Below are positions 32,389-42,030 of a DNA stretch of 64,000 bases, one piece after another (position 1 is the stretch's first letter; each line of letters opens with the position of its first letter). The notes beneath the pieces are model-generated. The model made no database searches and was not told the DNA's origin. It worked only from the letters and a program-made list of their open reading frames with translations. A program made the position numbers and the translations under genes. The stretch is from Candidatus Gottesmanbacteria bacterium (GTDB taxonomy: Bacteria > Patescibacteriota > Microgenomatia > UBA10105 > UBA927): assembly GCA_963714095.1 (NCBI GenBank), contig OY970230.1, forward strand, positions 959,907 to 1,023,906, read 5' to 3'.

Positions 32389-33291
32389 ATGCCGTGGTAT
32401 TTATTTGCGCTTGCCGCGCCGACGTTATACAGCGTTTCAACGTTCGTTGATAAGTTTTTGCTGGAAAAACGGATCCGCGACCCGCTGGCGATTACTGCTT
32501 TATCCGGCATACTGTCTGGCATATTGGGTATTATCATCGGAACTGTGACAGGTTGGCGCGCAGTCGGCGGACAGGGAGTATGGATTCTTCTGGGTGCAGG
32601 TTTACTCCTTATTATCTATCTGATTCCTTATTTCGCCGCTATGAAGCTGGATGAAACGTCCAGAGTGACGCCGTTATTCGGTTTTGTTCCGGTATTTACC
32701 CTCATTATGTCATCCATTTTTCTTCACGAAGGCATGGGCCTAAAGCAAATTTTCGGGATGATCATCGTCGTAGCCGGCGGATTTTTGTTGTCGGTCAAGC
32801 GTGTCGAAGGGGGTATATTCCGTCCTCGGGCATCATTGTGGCTCATGCTGTTGTCCAGTGTCTTATACGGATTGGTGAATATCTTGTTCCGGTTTGTGGC
32901 GCATGGGGCAACCGTTGGGTTTTGGAGTATCCTGGCGTATGAATACGTAGGGAAAGGGATCGGAGGATTTGTGCTTCTTTTCGTTCCGCGGATTCGGGGA
33001 GCTGTTGTCCGGCAGTTTCAGATCATCAAAAAATCCGTAGGCATTTTGGCGGTCAACGATGCCGTAAATATTACCGCTGAAACGTCTGAAGCGTTTGCGC
33101 TCACTCTTGCCACCGTTCCCATGGTGAATATTGTCGGCGCGGTGCAGCCGTTTATGACACTTGTTGAAGGATTGATATTGACGATTTGGTTTCCCCGCAT
33201 TATCAAAGAAGATATCGGCAAAACAGCAATTGTCCACAAGCTTATTTCCATTACGCTGATTTTCGCCGGGCTTTATTTGGTATTCGCTTAA
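32389..33291 (+). CDS. EamA/DMT transporter
   Basis: 10 TM, two EamA-like repeats, FLHE. Confidence 0.88.
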   Translation: MPWYLFALAAPTLYSVSTFVDKFLLEKRIRDPLAITALSGILSGILGIIIGTVTGWRAVGGQGVWILLGAGLLLIIYLIPYFAAMKLDETSRVTPLFGFVPVFTLIMSSIFLHEGMGLKQIFGMIIVVAGGFLLSVKRVEGGIFRPRASLWLMLLSSVLYGLVNILFRFVAHGATVGFWSILAYEYVGKGIGGFVLLFVPRIRGAVVRQFQIIKKSVGILAVNDAVNITAETSEAFALTLATVPMVNIVGAVQPFMTLVEGLILTIWFPRIIKEDIGKTAIVHKLISITLIFAGLYLVFA

Positions 33292-33294
33292 CTT

Positions 33295-33555
33295 TTACGC
33301 GATATCCTTTTTCATTTCCAGATATTGCCGCTTGGTGATTTCTCCTTTGGCGTAGCGTTTTTTCAGTATCTCGAGCGCCGTTTCTTCCGCTGGGAGTTTG
33401 TTTTCGTTGTCGCTGGTGTCGTCATCATCCGACCGGTGAGCGGCAATTGCCCAAATCAAAAGAATCGCCCCGAGAATAAGAAAAAACGGGAATAGGCCGA
33501 ACCAGGAAAAACCCGGACTGCGCATGACGTACATATGACCGTAATATCCCCACAT
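33295..33555 (-). CDS. SHOCT-domain membrane protein
   Basis: single TM then ALEILKKRYAKGEITK.QY.EMK. Confidence 0.9.
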   Translation of the reverse strand: MWGYYGHMYVMRSPGFSWFGLFPFFLILGAILLIWAIAAHRSDDDDTSDNENKLPAEETALEILKKRYAKGEITKRQYLEMKKDIA

Positions 33556-33627
33556 ATTTTTATCTCACCCTCTTTCTGTCAGAAAGTATACAGTTATTAG
33601 TCTGAGAAAATCCTGATAGCAGTGCCC

Positions 33628-34437
33628 TTATTTTTTTGTACGGAAGAGACCGTACGTTGCGACAGCGGCTGTTGCAGAAACGGCGCCGATAACAACAAGA
33701 AGTTTTAATCGTTTTTTTGCATCATTTTGTATTTCCGGGGATAACGTTGCGGGAGTACTTTTGATTGCTTTCAGTCGTTGGGCTGTCGTGATAGCATTTG
33801 CCGTAGCAGAGAGAACATCCGCGATAACCTGAACGGGAACTCCGTGAATTTCCGGAAATTCCATCCCCAGTATTGCCAAAAATGCTCTGCCGAGGCGTGT
33901 ACCGGCAAGTCCAATGATTCCTTTACCGTTTTCGGGGACCGCTACGCCTTTAGTTTCTGCCAATGCTCTTGCCGTACTTGGCCATGGTGAGGTCGTTGCA
34001 GCGGCCAGCGCTGCAATTGTTCCAATTGTATCGTGACGTTTTTCGGCGGATATTGAACGGGAGAGAGCCGAAAGTAATTCTCCGGTTCTGTCGCTTGCAA
34101 CGTCGATAAACGGCCCGTTAGGGTCAGGGGTGCCACCTTTCCGTATTCGCAATCTGGCCATGGGACCGTCAAATGCGTCGCCGAGTTGTGAAGCGACGGT
34201 TGTGGCAAGCGATACGGCGGTAAGCCTGTTATCCCGTGCGCTATGATCACCGCGGCGGATGGCCGCGATAGTACTGCCGATGGCAGTACCGGCAACTCCC
34301 AAGATGGTAATATCATTGGCGGTAAGTCCCGGCAACGACTCATGAAGTTTCCGTGTTATGGTATTGATGGTTTCAGCGGTTACTTTTCGGATCGGAGAAT
34401 TTCGTGTTTCCGTAACTGATTCTATGCTTATGGCCAT
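33628..34437 (-). CDS. CDP-alcohol phosphatidyltransferase family protein
   Basis: TAN.IT, D.FDG..AR...G..ID...DR signature. Confidence 0.85.
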   Translation of the reverse strand: MAISIESVTETRNSPIRKVTAETINTITRKLHESLPGLTANDITILGVAGTAIGSTIAAIRRGDHSARDNRLTAVSLATTVASQLGDAFDGPMARLRIRKGGTPDPNGPFIDVASDRTGELLSALSRSISAEKRHDTIGTIAALAAATTSPWPSTARALAETKGVAVPENGKGIIGLAGTRLGRAFLAILGMEFPEIHGVPVQVIADVLSATANAITTAQRLKAIKSTPATLSPEIQNDAKKRLKLLVVIGAVSATAAVATYGLFRTKK

Positions 34438-34579
34438 AATGGTTGGAACTATATCATATTCATTCATTTACGGCAAAACGATAGGAAATAAGGGATAAAG
34501 ATCTGAGAATAATCTGAAAATACTGGTTGACTTTGCTGTTTGGGTAAAGATAAACTGATAAAAAGGAGATCAAATCACT

Positions 34580-35113
34580 ATGGATACCAAACATGCATCC
34601 GTAACGCCGTCACCAGTGTCTGTAACACCAGCTCCTGTTTCAAAATCTACTCCCAGCGTGATTGTCTATGCGGGCTTCTGGGTAAGATTATTGGCTTTAA
34701 TTATCGATGGGTTACTGGTGGGATTCGTGAATTTTATTATTAGTATGGTATTTCATGTTGTTGGGCTTGGTACAACTATGGCGGTAAACGGGGGGACAGC
34801 TGGCACAAATTCCGCTCCTCTGCTTCTGACATCAGGTCTAAGCAGCCTGGTGACCATCGCCGTATCTCTTGGCTATTATATCTATATGATCGGGAGCCGA
34901 GGTCAAACCCTCGGGAAAATGGCGGTAAAAATTAAGGTTCAACGGCTTGATGGGGTTGAGCCGGTTGGCTATGTTCAGGCATTTTTGCGGGAGATTATCG
35001 GTAAGTTTATTTCAGGATTAGTTGTATGTCTTGGGTATCTGTGGATGCTTTGGGATAGTAAAAAACAGACGTGGCACGATAAGATAGCCAATACGGTAGT
35101 AGTTAAAGTGTAA
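34580..35113 (+). CDS. RDD family protein
   Basis: YAGFWVR..A..ID, GQTLGK, WHDKIA.T.V; AGGAG SD. Confidence 0.93.
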   Translation: MDTKHASVTPSPVSVTPAPVSKSTPSVIVYAGFWVRLLALIIDGLLVGFVNFIISMVFHVVGLGTTMAVNGGTAGTNSAPLLLTSGLSSLVTIAVSLGYYIYMIGSRGQTLGKMAVKIKVQRLDGVEPVGYVQAFLREIIGKFISGLVVCLGYLWMLWDSKKQTWHDKIANTVVVKV

Positions 35114-35123
35114 TAATTGTTTC

Positions 35124-36137
35124 ATGCGCACAATCGATTACGGTAAAATTACCCGTCGTTCCTGGGAGATTACCAAGGCAAATAAATGGCTTTGGGTATT
35201 CGGTCTCGTGATCGCCGTATTTGGCGGAGGAGGGTCAAGCGGCGGATCAAGCGGGAGCTCGGGTGGGAGTTCAGGGTCGACGTTCCAAAAAAGCGTTCCC
35301 GTGAATCCCCCTCAACAACTTCAGGAAAAAGCAACAAAAGTGCTTGGGGATGCAACAAACATTTTTTTAGAGTGGGCGAAAACTGTCCCCTGGACGACGT
35401 GGTTTTTTATAGGGCTTGGTGTTCTCATTGTCGCAATCTTCAGCGCGGTTGTCGTGTGGGTAGTCAGAACGTGGGCGCGGGGTGCGCTTATTGCGGGTCT
35501 CGATAACGCAGATCGCGGGAAAACGGTTAGCTTATTAACCGAATCTCCGAAAGGGATTGCAAAAATAAAACCTCTTATTCTCTTTGACCTTATAAACGCA
35601 GGAATTCTTCTCGGGCTCATTGTTGCTTCCGTGGCACTTGTCGGCGGAGGCTTCTTAATTTTTTCTTTTGTATCATGGCTCCAAATACTTTGGATCATCC
35701 TTACCGGCATTCTTTCAGTATTTGCATTTATCGTTGCAATCGTTCTGTTGTCGCTCACGACTGTATTCGCCGAGCGGCTTATCGTATTTACCGAAACTAA
35801 GCCCTGGCCTGCATGGGAAAAAGGATTTTCGCTTGCGCGGCACGAGTTTTTGGCGACGTTTCTCATGGGCTGTATTAATCTCGGTATCGGTTGTGCCGGC
35901 GGATGCCTGGCAACCCTGGCGCTTCTTATTGTTTTAGGTATTCCGGGATTTTTTATCGCCATGCCGATGTTTACCGGCGGATTCCATGCACCGAACGCCG
36001 CACAGATTATAGCGCTTTTATTGTTATTTTTTATTTTTCTTTCGGCAAATTTGCTTGTGCGCACGATATTGGTGGTTTTTAATTACGGGAACTGGAATTT
36101 ATTTTTCCGGCAGATCGTGAAGGAGGACCATGTCTAA
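35124..36137 (+). CDS. multi-pass membrane protein
   Basis: K.LW.FG, G/S-rich loop, about 6 TM. Confidence 0.75.
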   Translation: MRTIDYGKITRRSWEITKANKWLWVFGLVIAVFGGGGSSGGSSGSSGGSSGSTFQKSVPVNPPQQLQEKATKVLGDATNIFLEWAKTVPWTTWFFIGLGVLIVAIFSAVVVWVVRTWARGALIAGLDNADRGKTVSLLTESPKGIAKIKPLILFDLINAGILLGLIVASVALVGGGFLIFSFVSWLQILWIILTGILSVFAFIVAIVLLSLTTVFAERLIVFTETKPWPAWEKGFSLARHEFLATFLMGCINLGIGCAGGCLATLALLIVLGIPGFFIAMPMFTGGFHAPNAAQIIALLLLFFIFLSANLLVRTILVVFNYGNWNLFFRQIVKEDHV

Positions 36138-36726
36138 CATCGCGTCCCCCTGGCGGAGGCTCATCGCATACGCGATTGATAAGACAATATGGTTGCTGTA
36201 CTTCATGATGGTTCTTTTATGGCTCAGCACGTCTGACGATATGCCGACGGTGTTCAACAGGGCATTGGTTTTGGTTGGTTTCGGACTGCTTTTTTCCATC
36301 GTGTATGAGTTGATCAACATTTTTCTTACCTCGTGGGCCGGCGGGACTATCGGTAAACTTATCACTGGTATAGAGATTGTACGGTCGGACGGGAAACATG
36401 TATCGTTTGCCCGTGCATTTTTACGGAACTACATGGGCTATATGGTTTCCGGCATTTATTTTCTTGGATTTATTTGGGTATTTATTGATAAATTGCGTCG
36501 CGGGTGGCACGATCAACTTGCAGACACGTATGTCGTTGTCACACAGAAATTTGGGTGGATCATTGGACTTATTATGTTGGTATTTATCGGATATTTAAAC
36601 GTGAGCTTTGTCCGTCAAACGGTTGATAATTTTTTTTCCCGTCGGAGTATGTATACGTCATTTGTTATAAGTATATATGACGAGGTTCAGCCCGCACCGA
36701 AGACGCAAACATCCCCCGCGCCGTAA
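36130..36726 (+). CDS. RDD family protein
   Basis: ASPWRR..AY.ID, GTIGK, WHD..A.T.V. Confidence 0.9.
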   Translation: MSNIASPWRRLIAYAIDKTIWLLYFMMVLLWLSTSDDMPTVFNRALVLVGFGLLFSIVYELINIFLTSWAGGTIGKLITGIEIVRSDGKHVSFARAFLRNYMGYMVSGIYFLGFIWVFIDKLRRGWHDQLADTYVVVTQKFGWIIGLIMLVFIGYLNVSFVRQTVDNFFSRRSMYTSFVISIYDEVQPAPKTQTSPAP

Positions 36727-36794
36727 TACTTCCATTCGGATCGTTTCTGGCAGTTGCAGATTGCGTAATTCTATATTTGATATAATGAACCATC

Positions 36795-37859
36795 ATGAAT
36801 TTAAAAATCGGGATTGTGGGTCTGGCGAACGTAGGGAAGTCGACGCTGTTTAATGCGCTTCTCAAAAAACAGGTGGCGTTTGCGGCAAATTATCCGTTTG
36901 CAACGATTGAGCCCAATATCGGCGTTGTGCCGGTGCCCGACACACGGCTCGCTAAGCTCGCCGTGATTACGAAGGCAGAGGAAAAAGTGGATACACTGCC
37001 GCCCCTCCGGCCCGCAACTGTGGAGTTTGTGGATATTGCAGGACTGGTAAAAGGCGCATCTGAAGGTCAGGGGTTGGGGAATAAATTTCTATCGCATATC
37101 CGGGAAGTGAATATTATTTGTCATGTGGTACGGTTTTTCCCAAATCCGGATATCGTCCATGTGGTAGGGGATATAGATCCTGCCCGCGACCGGGAAATTG
37201 CGGAAACGGAACTCATGCTTGCCGATTTACAAACGCTCAACAAACAGGCAGAGCCCAACCAAACCGCGACAAAAGAAGAACGTACGCGGTGGAACGTGAT
37301 AAATAAATTAAAAGCCGGATTGGATGCAGGGAAACTTGGTAGAAGTGTCATTCATGACCCTGAAGAGCAGTTCCTTGTTCGCGATCTCCAATTATTGACG
37401 ATGAAACCGATTCTCTACGTTGCCAACGTTTCGGAAAATCAACTCGCTCAAAAAATAGATACGTATCTGAGTATCTGTGCCGAAACGGAATCCCAGCTTG
37501 CCGGACTCACCGAAGATGAGCAAAAAGAATATCTGAAAACGCTTGGATTGGATGCGTCCGGCCTCGACCGGCTTATTCAAAAAGCGTATGAAATGCTCGG
37601 GCTTATATCATTTCTTACCTGCGGGGTTATCGAAGCGCGTGCCTGGACCATAGAAAACGGTACGAAAGCGCCGCAGGCTGCCGGAGTCATCCATACGGAT
37701 TTTGAGAAAAAGTTTATTAAAGCCGACTGTATATCGTTTGAGGATTTTGTAGCTTCCGGAGGTTGGAAAAAAGCCAGGGAGTTGGGCAAGGTCCGTGTTG
37801 AGGGGAAAGAGTACGTGATGCGGGATGGCGATGTCGTTGAATTTAAGATCGGAACATGA
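36795..37859 (+). CDS. ychF: redox-regulated ATPase YchF
   Basis: GL.NVGKST, ANYPFATIEPN, DIAGLV, TGS domain. Confidence 0.97.
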   Translation: MNLKIGIVGLANVGKSTLFNALLKKQVAFAANYPFATIEPNIGVVPVPDTRLAKLAVITKAEEKVDTLPPLRPATVEFVDIAGLVKGASEGQGLGNKFLSHIREVNIICHVVRFFPNPDIVHVVGDIDPARDREIAETELMLADLQTLNKQAEPNQTATKEERTRWNVINKLKAGLDAGKLGRSVIHDPEEQFLVRDLQLLTMKPILYVANVSENQLAQKIDTYLSICAETESQLAGLTEDEQKEYLKTLGLDASGLDRLIQKAYEMLGLISFLTCGVIEARAWTIENGTKAPQAAGVIHTDFEKKFIKADCISFEDFVASGGWKKARELGKVRVEGKEYVMRDGDVVEFKIGT

Positions 37860-37873
37860 TAGTATTAAGCCTT

Positions 37874-38152
37874 ATGACGAGAGAATATGAACTAATGTTG
37901 GTGCTCCGGCCGGATTTCGGCGTGGAAGAAAAAACGGTACGCGACCTGGTAACGAAGCTCATCGGCGACAGAAAAATCAAAGAGCTTACTGTCATGGGGA
38001 AAAAGAGACTTGCGTACCCTATCAAAAAACAGACAGAGGGCGTCTATGCGGTCGCAACCCTAACCGGCGCACCCATGAATATCGGCGCATTTGAAAAACA
38101 AACGAAGTTAGGAATAGACGTTTTACGGTTTCTCATTACTGTAAAGGAATAA
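37874..38152 (+). CDS. rpsF: 30S ribosomal protein S6
   Basis: YELM..L.P, G.KRLAYPIKK, VLRF. Confidence 0.94.
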   Translation: MTREYELMLVLRPDFGVEEKTVRDLVTKLIGDRKIKELTVMGKKRLAYPIKKQTEGVYAVATLTGAPMNIGAFEKQTKLGIDVLRFLITVKE

Positions 38153-38156
38153 GCAC

Positions 38157-38690
38157 ATGTCGTCACGAAGTTTAAACAAAGTACAGTTGATAGGAAATTT
38201 GACCCGGGATCCTGAGTTGCGGTATACGCCGACCGGTGCCGCAGTCTGTACGATCGGGCTTGCGACGAACAGATCATGGACAACGGAAGCGGGAGAGAAG
38301 AAAGAAGAGACGGAGTTCCACAGGGTGGTTGCGTGGAACAAACTTGCGGAGCTCTGCTCACAGCTTTTGGTGAAGGGCAGAAAGATTTATGTGGAGGGGA
38401 GATTGCGTACAAACGCATGGCAGACAGCTGACGGACAGCCCAGAACGACGACAGAAGTCGTTATTGAAGATATGATTATTTTGGATTCGCGGCGTCCGGT
38501 GACGGGTGTAACTGGGGAAGCGGGCGCGCCTGAGGGGCAAGTAAGTGAACCGGCAGCAGCAACGGACGCGGGAACACCTGCGACGACGTATGCACAACCT
38601 GCAGTAAAAAAATCTACAAAAAAAGAAGAAGTCAAAAATGAGAAAAGTGCGCCATCAGAAGAAGTAAATCCTGATGATATACCTTTTTAA
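38157..38690 (+). CDS. ssb: single-stranded DNA-binding protein
   Basis: LNKV.LIGNLTRDPE, C-terminal DDIPF. Confidence 0.98.
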   Translation: MSSRSLNKVQLIGNLTRDPELRYTPTGAAVCTIGLATNRSWTTEAGEKKEETEFHRVVAWNKLAELCSQLLVKGRKIYVEGRLRTNAWQTADGQPRTTTEVVIEDMIILDSRRPVTGVTGEAGAPEGQVSEPAAATDAGTPATTYAQPAVKKSTKKEEVKNEKSAPSEEVNPDDIPF

Positions 38691-38693
38691 CCT

Positions 38694-38936
38694 ATGATGA
38701 ACCGAAGAAACAACAGACGACGTGAGCGGCCGGTAGCAAAAAACTGTCCGTTTTGCGCAAATAAAACAAATCCTGATTACAAAGATACCGGGGCATTGAA
38801 TAAATATATTACCGAGCGGGGGAAATTATTGAGCCGTGCCCGGACGGGCCTCTGCGCCAAACATCAGCGATGGATGACTGCAGCGGTTAAGCGAGCCCGA
38901 TTGGTTGCGCTTCTTCCGTTTATTGTCCGCGCATGA
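38694..38936 (+). CDS. rpsR: 30S ribosomal protein S18
   Basis: CPFC, DYKD, TG.CAKHQR, KRAR..ALLP. Confidence 0.96.
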   Translation: MMNRRNNRRRERPVAKNCPFCANKTNPDYKDTGALNKYITERGKLLSRARTGLCAKHQRWMTAAVKRARLVALLPFIVRA

Positions 38937-38960
38937 TCCTTTCGCTTCGCTCAGGACGAC
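38935..38960. repeat. REP-like short hairpin element
   Basis: GATCCTTTCGCTTCGCTCAGGACGAC; related inverted copy at 62117-62142. Confidence 0.45.
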
Positions 38961-39016
38961 GATGCGTCGTATCCATTTACGAACGTGTGATTTCCTGATA
39001 CTATGGAAGTTGTCGT

Positions 39017-40288
39017 ATGAAATCGTTTCGTTTCACAAATATCCGGCTTTTTGTCATTATTGCGACCCTGTGTATTCTTACCGGTGGAATCGGATACCGC
39101 CTGGGGGAACAAAGAACGTCTGTCAGCTTTAGTTCCTATAAAGGGATTGTCGTACATCAAAATCCTCCCGCCGCCGTAACGGTAGATTTTTCTCTTTTTT
39201 GGACCGTGTGGCAGCGGATTACGCAGTCGTACATTGACCGCGCCACTCTTGATCCCCAGAAAATGGTTTGGGGTGCTATTTCCGGCATGGTGAACTCGCT
39301 CGGGGACCCGTACACGACATATTTTACGCCGGATGATAATAAAGATTTTAAGGAGACGTTGGGAGGGGCGTTTGAAGGTATCGGTGCACAGTTGGGTACA
39401 AAAGACAACCACGTTATTGTGATAGCCCCGCTGAAGGGCACACCCGCGGAGGCTGCAGGAATACGTGCCGGCGATTTCATTTTGAAAGTGGACGGGGCTG
39501 ACACAACCGGCTGGTCAGTGGACGAAACGGTCAATAAAATCAGGGGACCGAAAGGTACAACAGTCAAACTTTCCGTTCTTCACAGCACGGATTCGGTTCC
39601 GGTGGATATTTCCATTGTGCGCAGTACGATTAACGTTCCCTCCGTCGTTTGGTGGGTGAAACCGGTGAGTCAAATTACGGAAATTTCCGATACTGCAGCA
39701 TTTAAAAATCTGCCGCAAAACGGAACCGTGGCATATATCCAGTTATCGGAATTTGGAGACAACACGGATGCGGATTGGGATAAGGCTGTGGCGGATATAC
39801 TTACCCGCGGCAATATTGTGAGCGGACTTATCCTGGACGTGCGCAATAACCCCGGCGGGTATCTGGACGGCGCGGTGTATATTGCCAGTGAATTTATTAA
39901 AAGCGGTACAGTAGTATCTCAGGTGAACAGTGACGGTACCAAAGAGAACTATCCCGTTGACCGTCAGGGGAAACTTCTTACCATTCCTATGGTCGTTCTC
40001 ATCAATAAAGGAAGCGCCTCCGCTGCCGAAATCGTTTCGGGAGCACTGCATGATTATAAACGGGCAACGCTGGTCGGGGAAACGTCGTTCGGCAAGGGAT
40101 CGGTACAGACGCCGGAGGATTTACCGGACGGTTCAAGCGTCCATATTACAACCGGACGGTGGCTCCTTCCAAACGGTGATTCTATCAGTAAAAAAGGTAT
40201 CACGCCGGATATCGTTATTCCCATGGATTCCGTTAGCGCCACAGCGGATGCACAACTAGAGAAGGCTGTGGAATTATTGTTGAAATGA
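39017..40288 (+). CDS. S41 C-terminal processing protease (PDZ)
   Basis: GDPYT, GIGA, DVRNNPGG, SASAAEI, GKGSVQ. Confidence 0.95.
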   Translation: MKSFRFTNIRLFVIIATLCILTGGIGYRLGEQRTSVSFSSYKGIVVHQNPPAAVTVDFSLFWTVWQRITQSYIDRATLDPQKMVWGAISGMVNSLGDPYTTYFTPDDNKDFKETLGGAFEGIGAQLGTKDNHVIVIAPLKGTPAEAAGIRAGDFILKVDGADTTGWSVDETVNKIRGPKGTTVKLSVLHSTDSVPVDISIVRSTINVPSVVWWVKPVSQITEISDTAAFKNLPQNGTVAYIQLSEFGDNTDADWDKAVADILTRGNIVSGLILDVRNNPGGYLDGAVYIASEFIKSGTVVSQVNSDGTKENYPVDRQGKLLTIPMVVLINKGSASAAEIVSGALHDYKRATLVGETSFGKGSVQTPEDLPDGSSVHITTGRWLLPNGDSISKKGITPDIVIPMDSVSATADAQLEKAVELLLK

Positions 40289-40291
40289 CGG

Positions 40292-40981
40292 TTATAGTTG
40301 AACGGTCGCAATGACGGGATAATGGTCAGAGAATTTTATCCGTTCAACCTCGAGACCCGTGAGTTTACATTTTGATGTAAAGACGTAATCCAGTTGATGC
40401 TTCATAATGCCAAGGCGATGGGTTGCTAACCGCTTTGGTAACGTTTGAAAACCGTAGGTTTTCATAAGTTTGATGAGTTTTTTGTTGGGACGGATGGCGT
40501 GTAAATTAAAATCGCCGGTAATAATTGATGCATGTTTATTTGAGAAAAGTGTTTCTGCAATCATCCTGATTTGTTTGTATCTTGCTCGGTTGGCCGCAAG
40601 AAATACGAGATGCGTATTGGCGATAGTGAACGTTTTTTTACCCGAACGGAAGGTGAGAAGTAAACAGCTTTTTTCCATCGGATTCCCTAAAAACCGTTTT
40701 TCCATCGGGTGCACGCCCATGTGCAGTGTTTCATTTTTAATGACACGGACAGCTGCTTTCCGGTAGATTATGACGAGATGAAATATTTTTTTCTTAAATA
40801 TAAATGATTGTGCGGATCGATGCCCCCAGTCAGGGGAGAGAGCTTTGTAGAAATCGAGAAGCTTTGCTTCCGGAAATTCCTGCAAACAAATAATATCCGC
40901 GGTTTTTTGTTCATTAATCCATGAAAGAACCCCCTTGAGACGTTTCCCGAAGAAGATATTGTAGGTAATGACGCGCAGCAT
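40292..40981 (-). CDS. endonuclease/exonuclease/phosphatase family protein
   Basis: TYNI, LQE, NTHL, GDFN, LDY, SDH.P; start moved to ATG 40981. Confidence 0.93.
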   Translation of the reverse strand: MLRVITYNIFFGKRLKGVLSWINEQKTADIICLQEFPEAKLLDFYKALSPDWGHRSAQSFIFKKKIFHLVIIYRKAAVRVIKNETLHMGVHPMEKRFLGNPMEKSCLLLTFRSGKKTFTIANTHLVFLAANRARYKQIRMIAETLFSNKHASIITGDFNLHAIRPNKKLIKLMKTYGFQTLPKRLATHRLGIMKHQLDYVFTSKCKLTGLEVERIKFSDHYPVIATVQL

Positions 40982-40982
40982 T

Positions 40983-41690
40983 TTATACCTGTGAGGCAGC
41001 AAGGGCCTCAGTGAGTTTTCCCATTTTTCCCTCAATGATATCGTCGAGATTGTGCCAGCTTTTTCCGATACGATGGTCGGTGACGCGGTTCTGCGGAAAG
41101 TTGTACGTCCGGATTTTTTCCGCCCGCATGCCGCGGCCGATGATACTGCGTGCGGCTCCGAGCGCGGTTGCTGCTTTCGTTTCCTCCAGCTCCCAGAGTT
41201 TTGCACGAAGCATGGAGAGAGCTACCTGCCGGTTCTGGTACTGGTCGCGTTCGGTTTGAGCTGATACGACGATTCCTGTCGGTTTATGGCGGATGCGGGC
41301 AGCGGAGCTTACTTTGTTAACGTTTTGGCCGCCTTTTCCTCCGCTTCTGAAGAAATCCCATTCGATGTCTTCGGGACGGATATAAATTTCAGTTTCAGGA
41401 ATATCGGGAAGGACCGCAATTGTTGCTGTAGACGTATGAATCCGGCCGGACCGTTCGGTTGAGGGAACCCGTTGCACACGGTGTGTACCGGCCTCATATT
41501 GTAATTTCGTGAATACGCCAGCTCCGCGAACGCGGATGGCAGTATCACTTATTTGTTCTACTTTCCACCCTGAAAGGTTCGCATACCGGATATACATACG
41601 CATGAGATCGGAAGCCCAAATCCGGGCTTCTTCGCCGCCGGGACCGGGCCTAAATTCCATAATCGTAACGTCAGGATTTACACTCGCCAT
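40983..41690 (-). CDS. prfA: peptide chain release factor 1, lacking N-terminal domain 1
   Basis: GGEEA, HRVQRVPST (PxT), GGQ, IRTYNFPQ.RVTDHRI; follows rpmE. Confidence 0.85.
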   Translation of the reverse strand: MASVNPDVTIMEFRPGPGGEEARIWASDLMRMYIRYANLSGWKVEQISDTAIRVRGAGVFTKLQYEAGTHRVQRVPSTERSGRIHTSTATIAVLPDIPETEIYIRPEDIEWDFFRSGGKGGQNVNKVSSAARIRHKPTGIVVSAQTERDQYQNRQVALSMLRAKLWELEETKAATALGAARSIIGRGMRAEKIRTYNFPQNRVTDHRIGKSWHNLDDIIEGKMGKLTEALAASQV

Positions 41691-41699
41691 AGGCAACGT

Positions 41700-42008
41700 C
41701 TACTTTAAACCCAAAAGCATATCTTTGAGGGATTTCGGATTGCGGAGGGATTCGGCGCGTTCCTGCTTCTTTTTCTTTCGCGCGGCAAGTACCGTTGATT
41801 GTGCCGCAGCGGCTTTCACCTTGGTCTGGAAGCGTTCCACGCGGCCCATGGTGTCGACGAACTTCATCTCTCCGGTAAAGAAAGGATGGCATTTGGCGCA
41901 GATTTCCACGCGCAGTTCTGGTTTGGTAGCTCCCACGGTGAACCTGTTACCGCAGGCGCACGTGACGACCGCATCCGGATACCATTGAGGGTGAATCGTT
42001 TTTTTCAT
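41700..42008 (-). CDS. rpmE: 50S ribosomal protein L31 with C-terminal extension
   Basis: MKK.IHP, CACG, C..CHPFFTG, GRVERF. Confidence 0.96.
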   Translation of the reverse strand: MKKTIHPQWYPDAVVTCACGNRFTVGATKPELRVEICAKCHPFFTGEMKFVDTMGRVERFQTKVKAAAAQSTVLAARKKKKQERAESLRNPKSLKDMLLGLK

Positions 42009-42030
42009 ACAAGAAGCCTATTATATCATT

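Noticed and set aside
35321-36064. Long antisense ORFs (e.g. 35321..36064, 43681..44346, 12456..13073, 22378..22956)
   Set aside because: Shadow frames of well-supported genes, with no independent motifs
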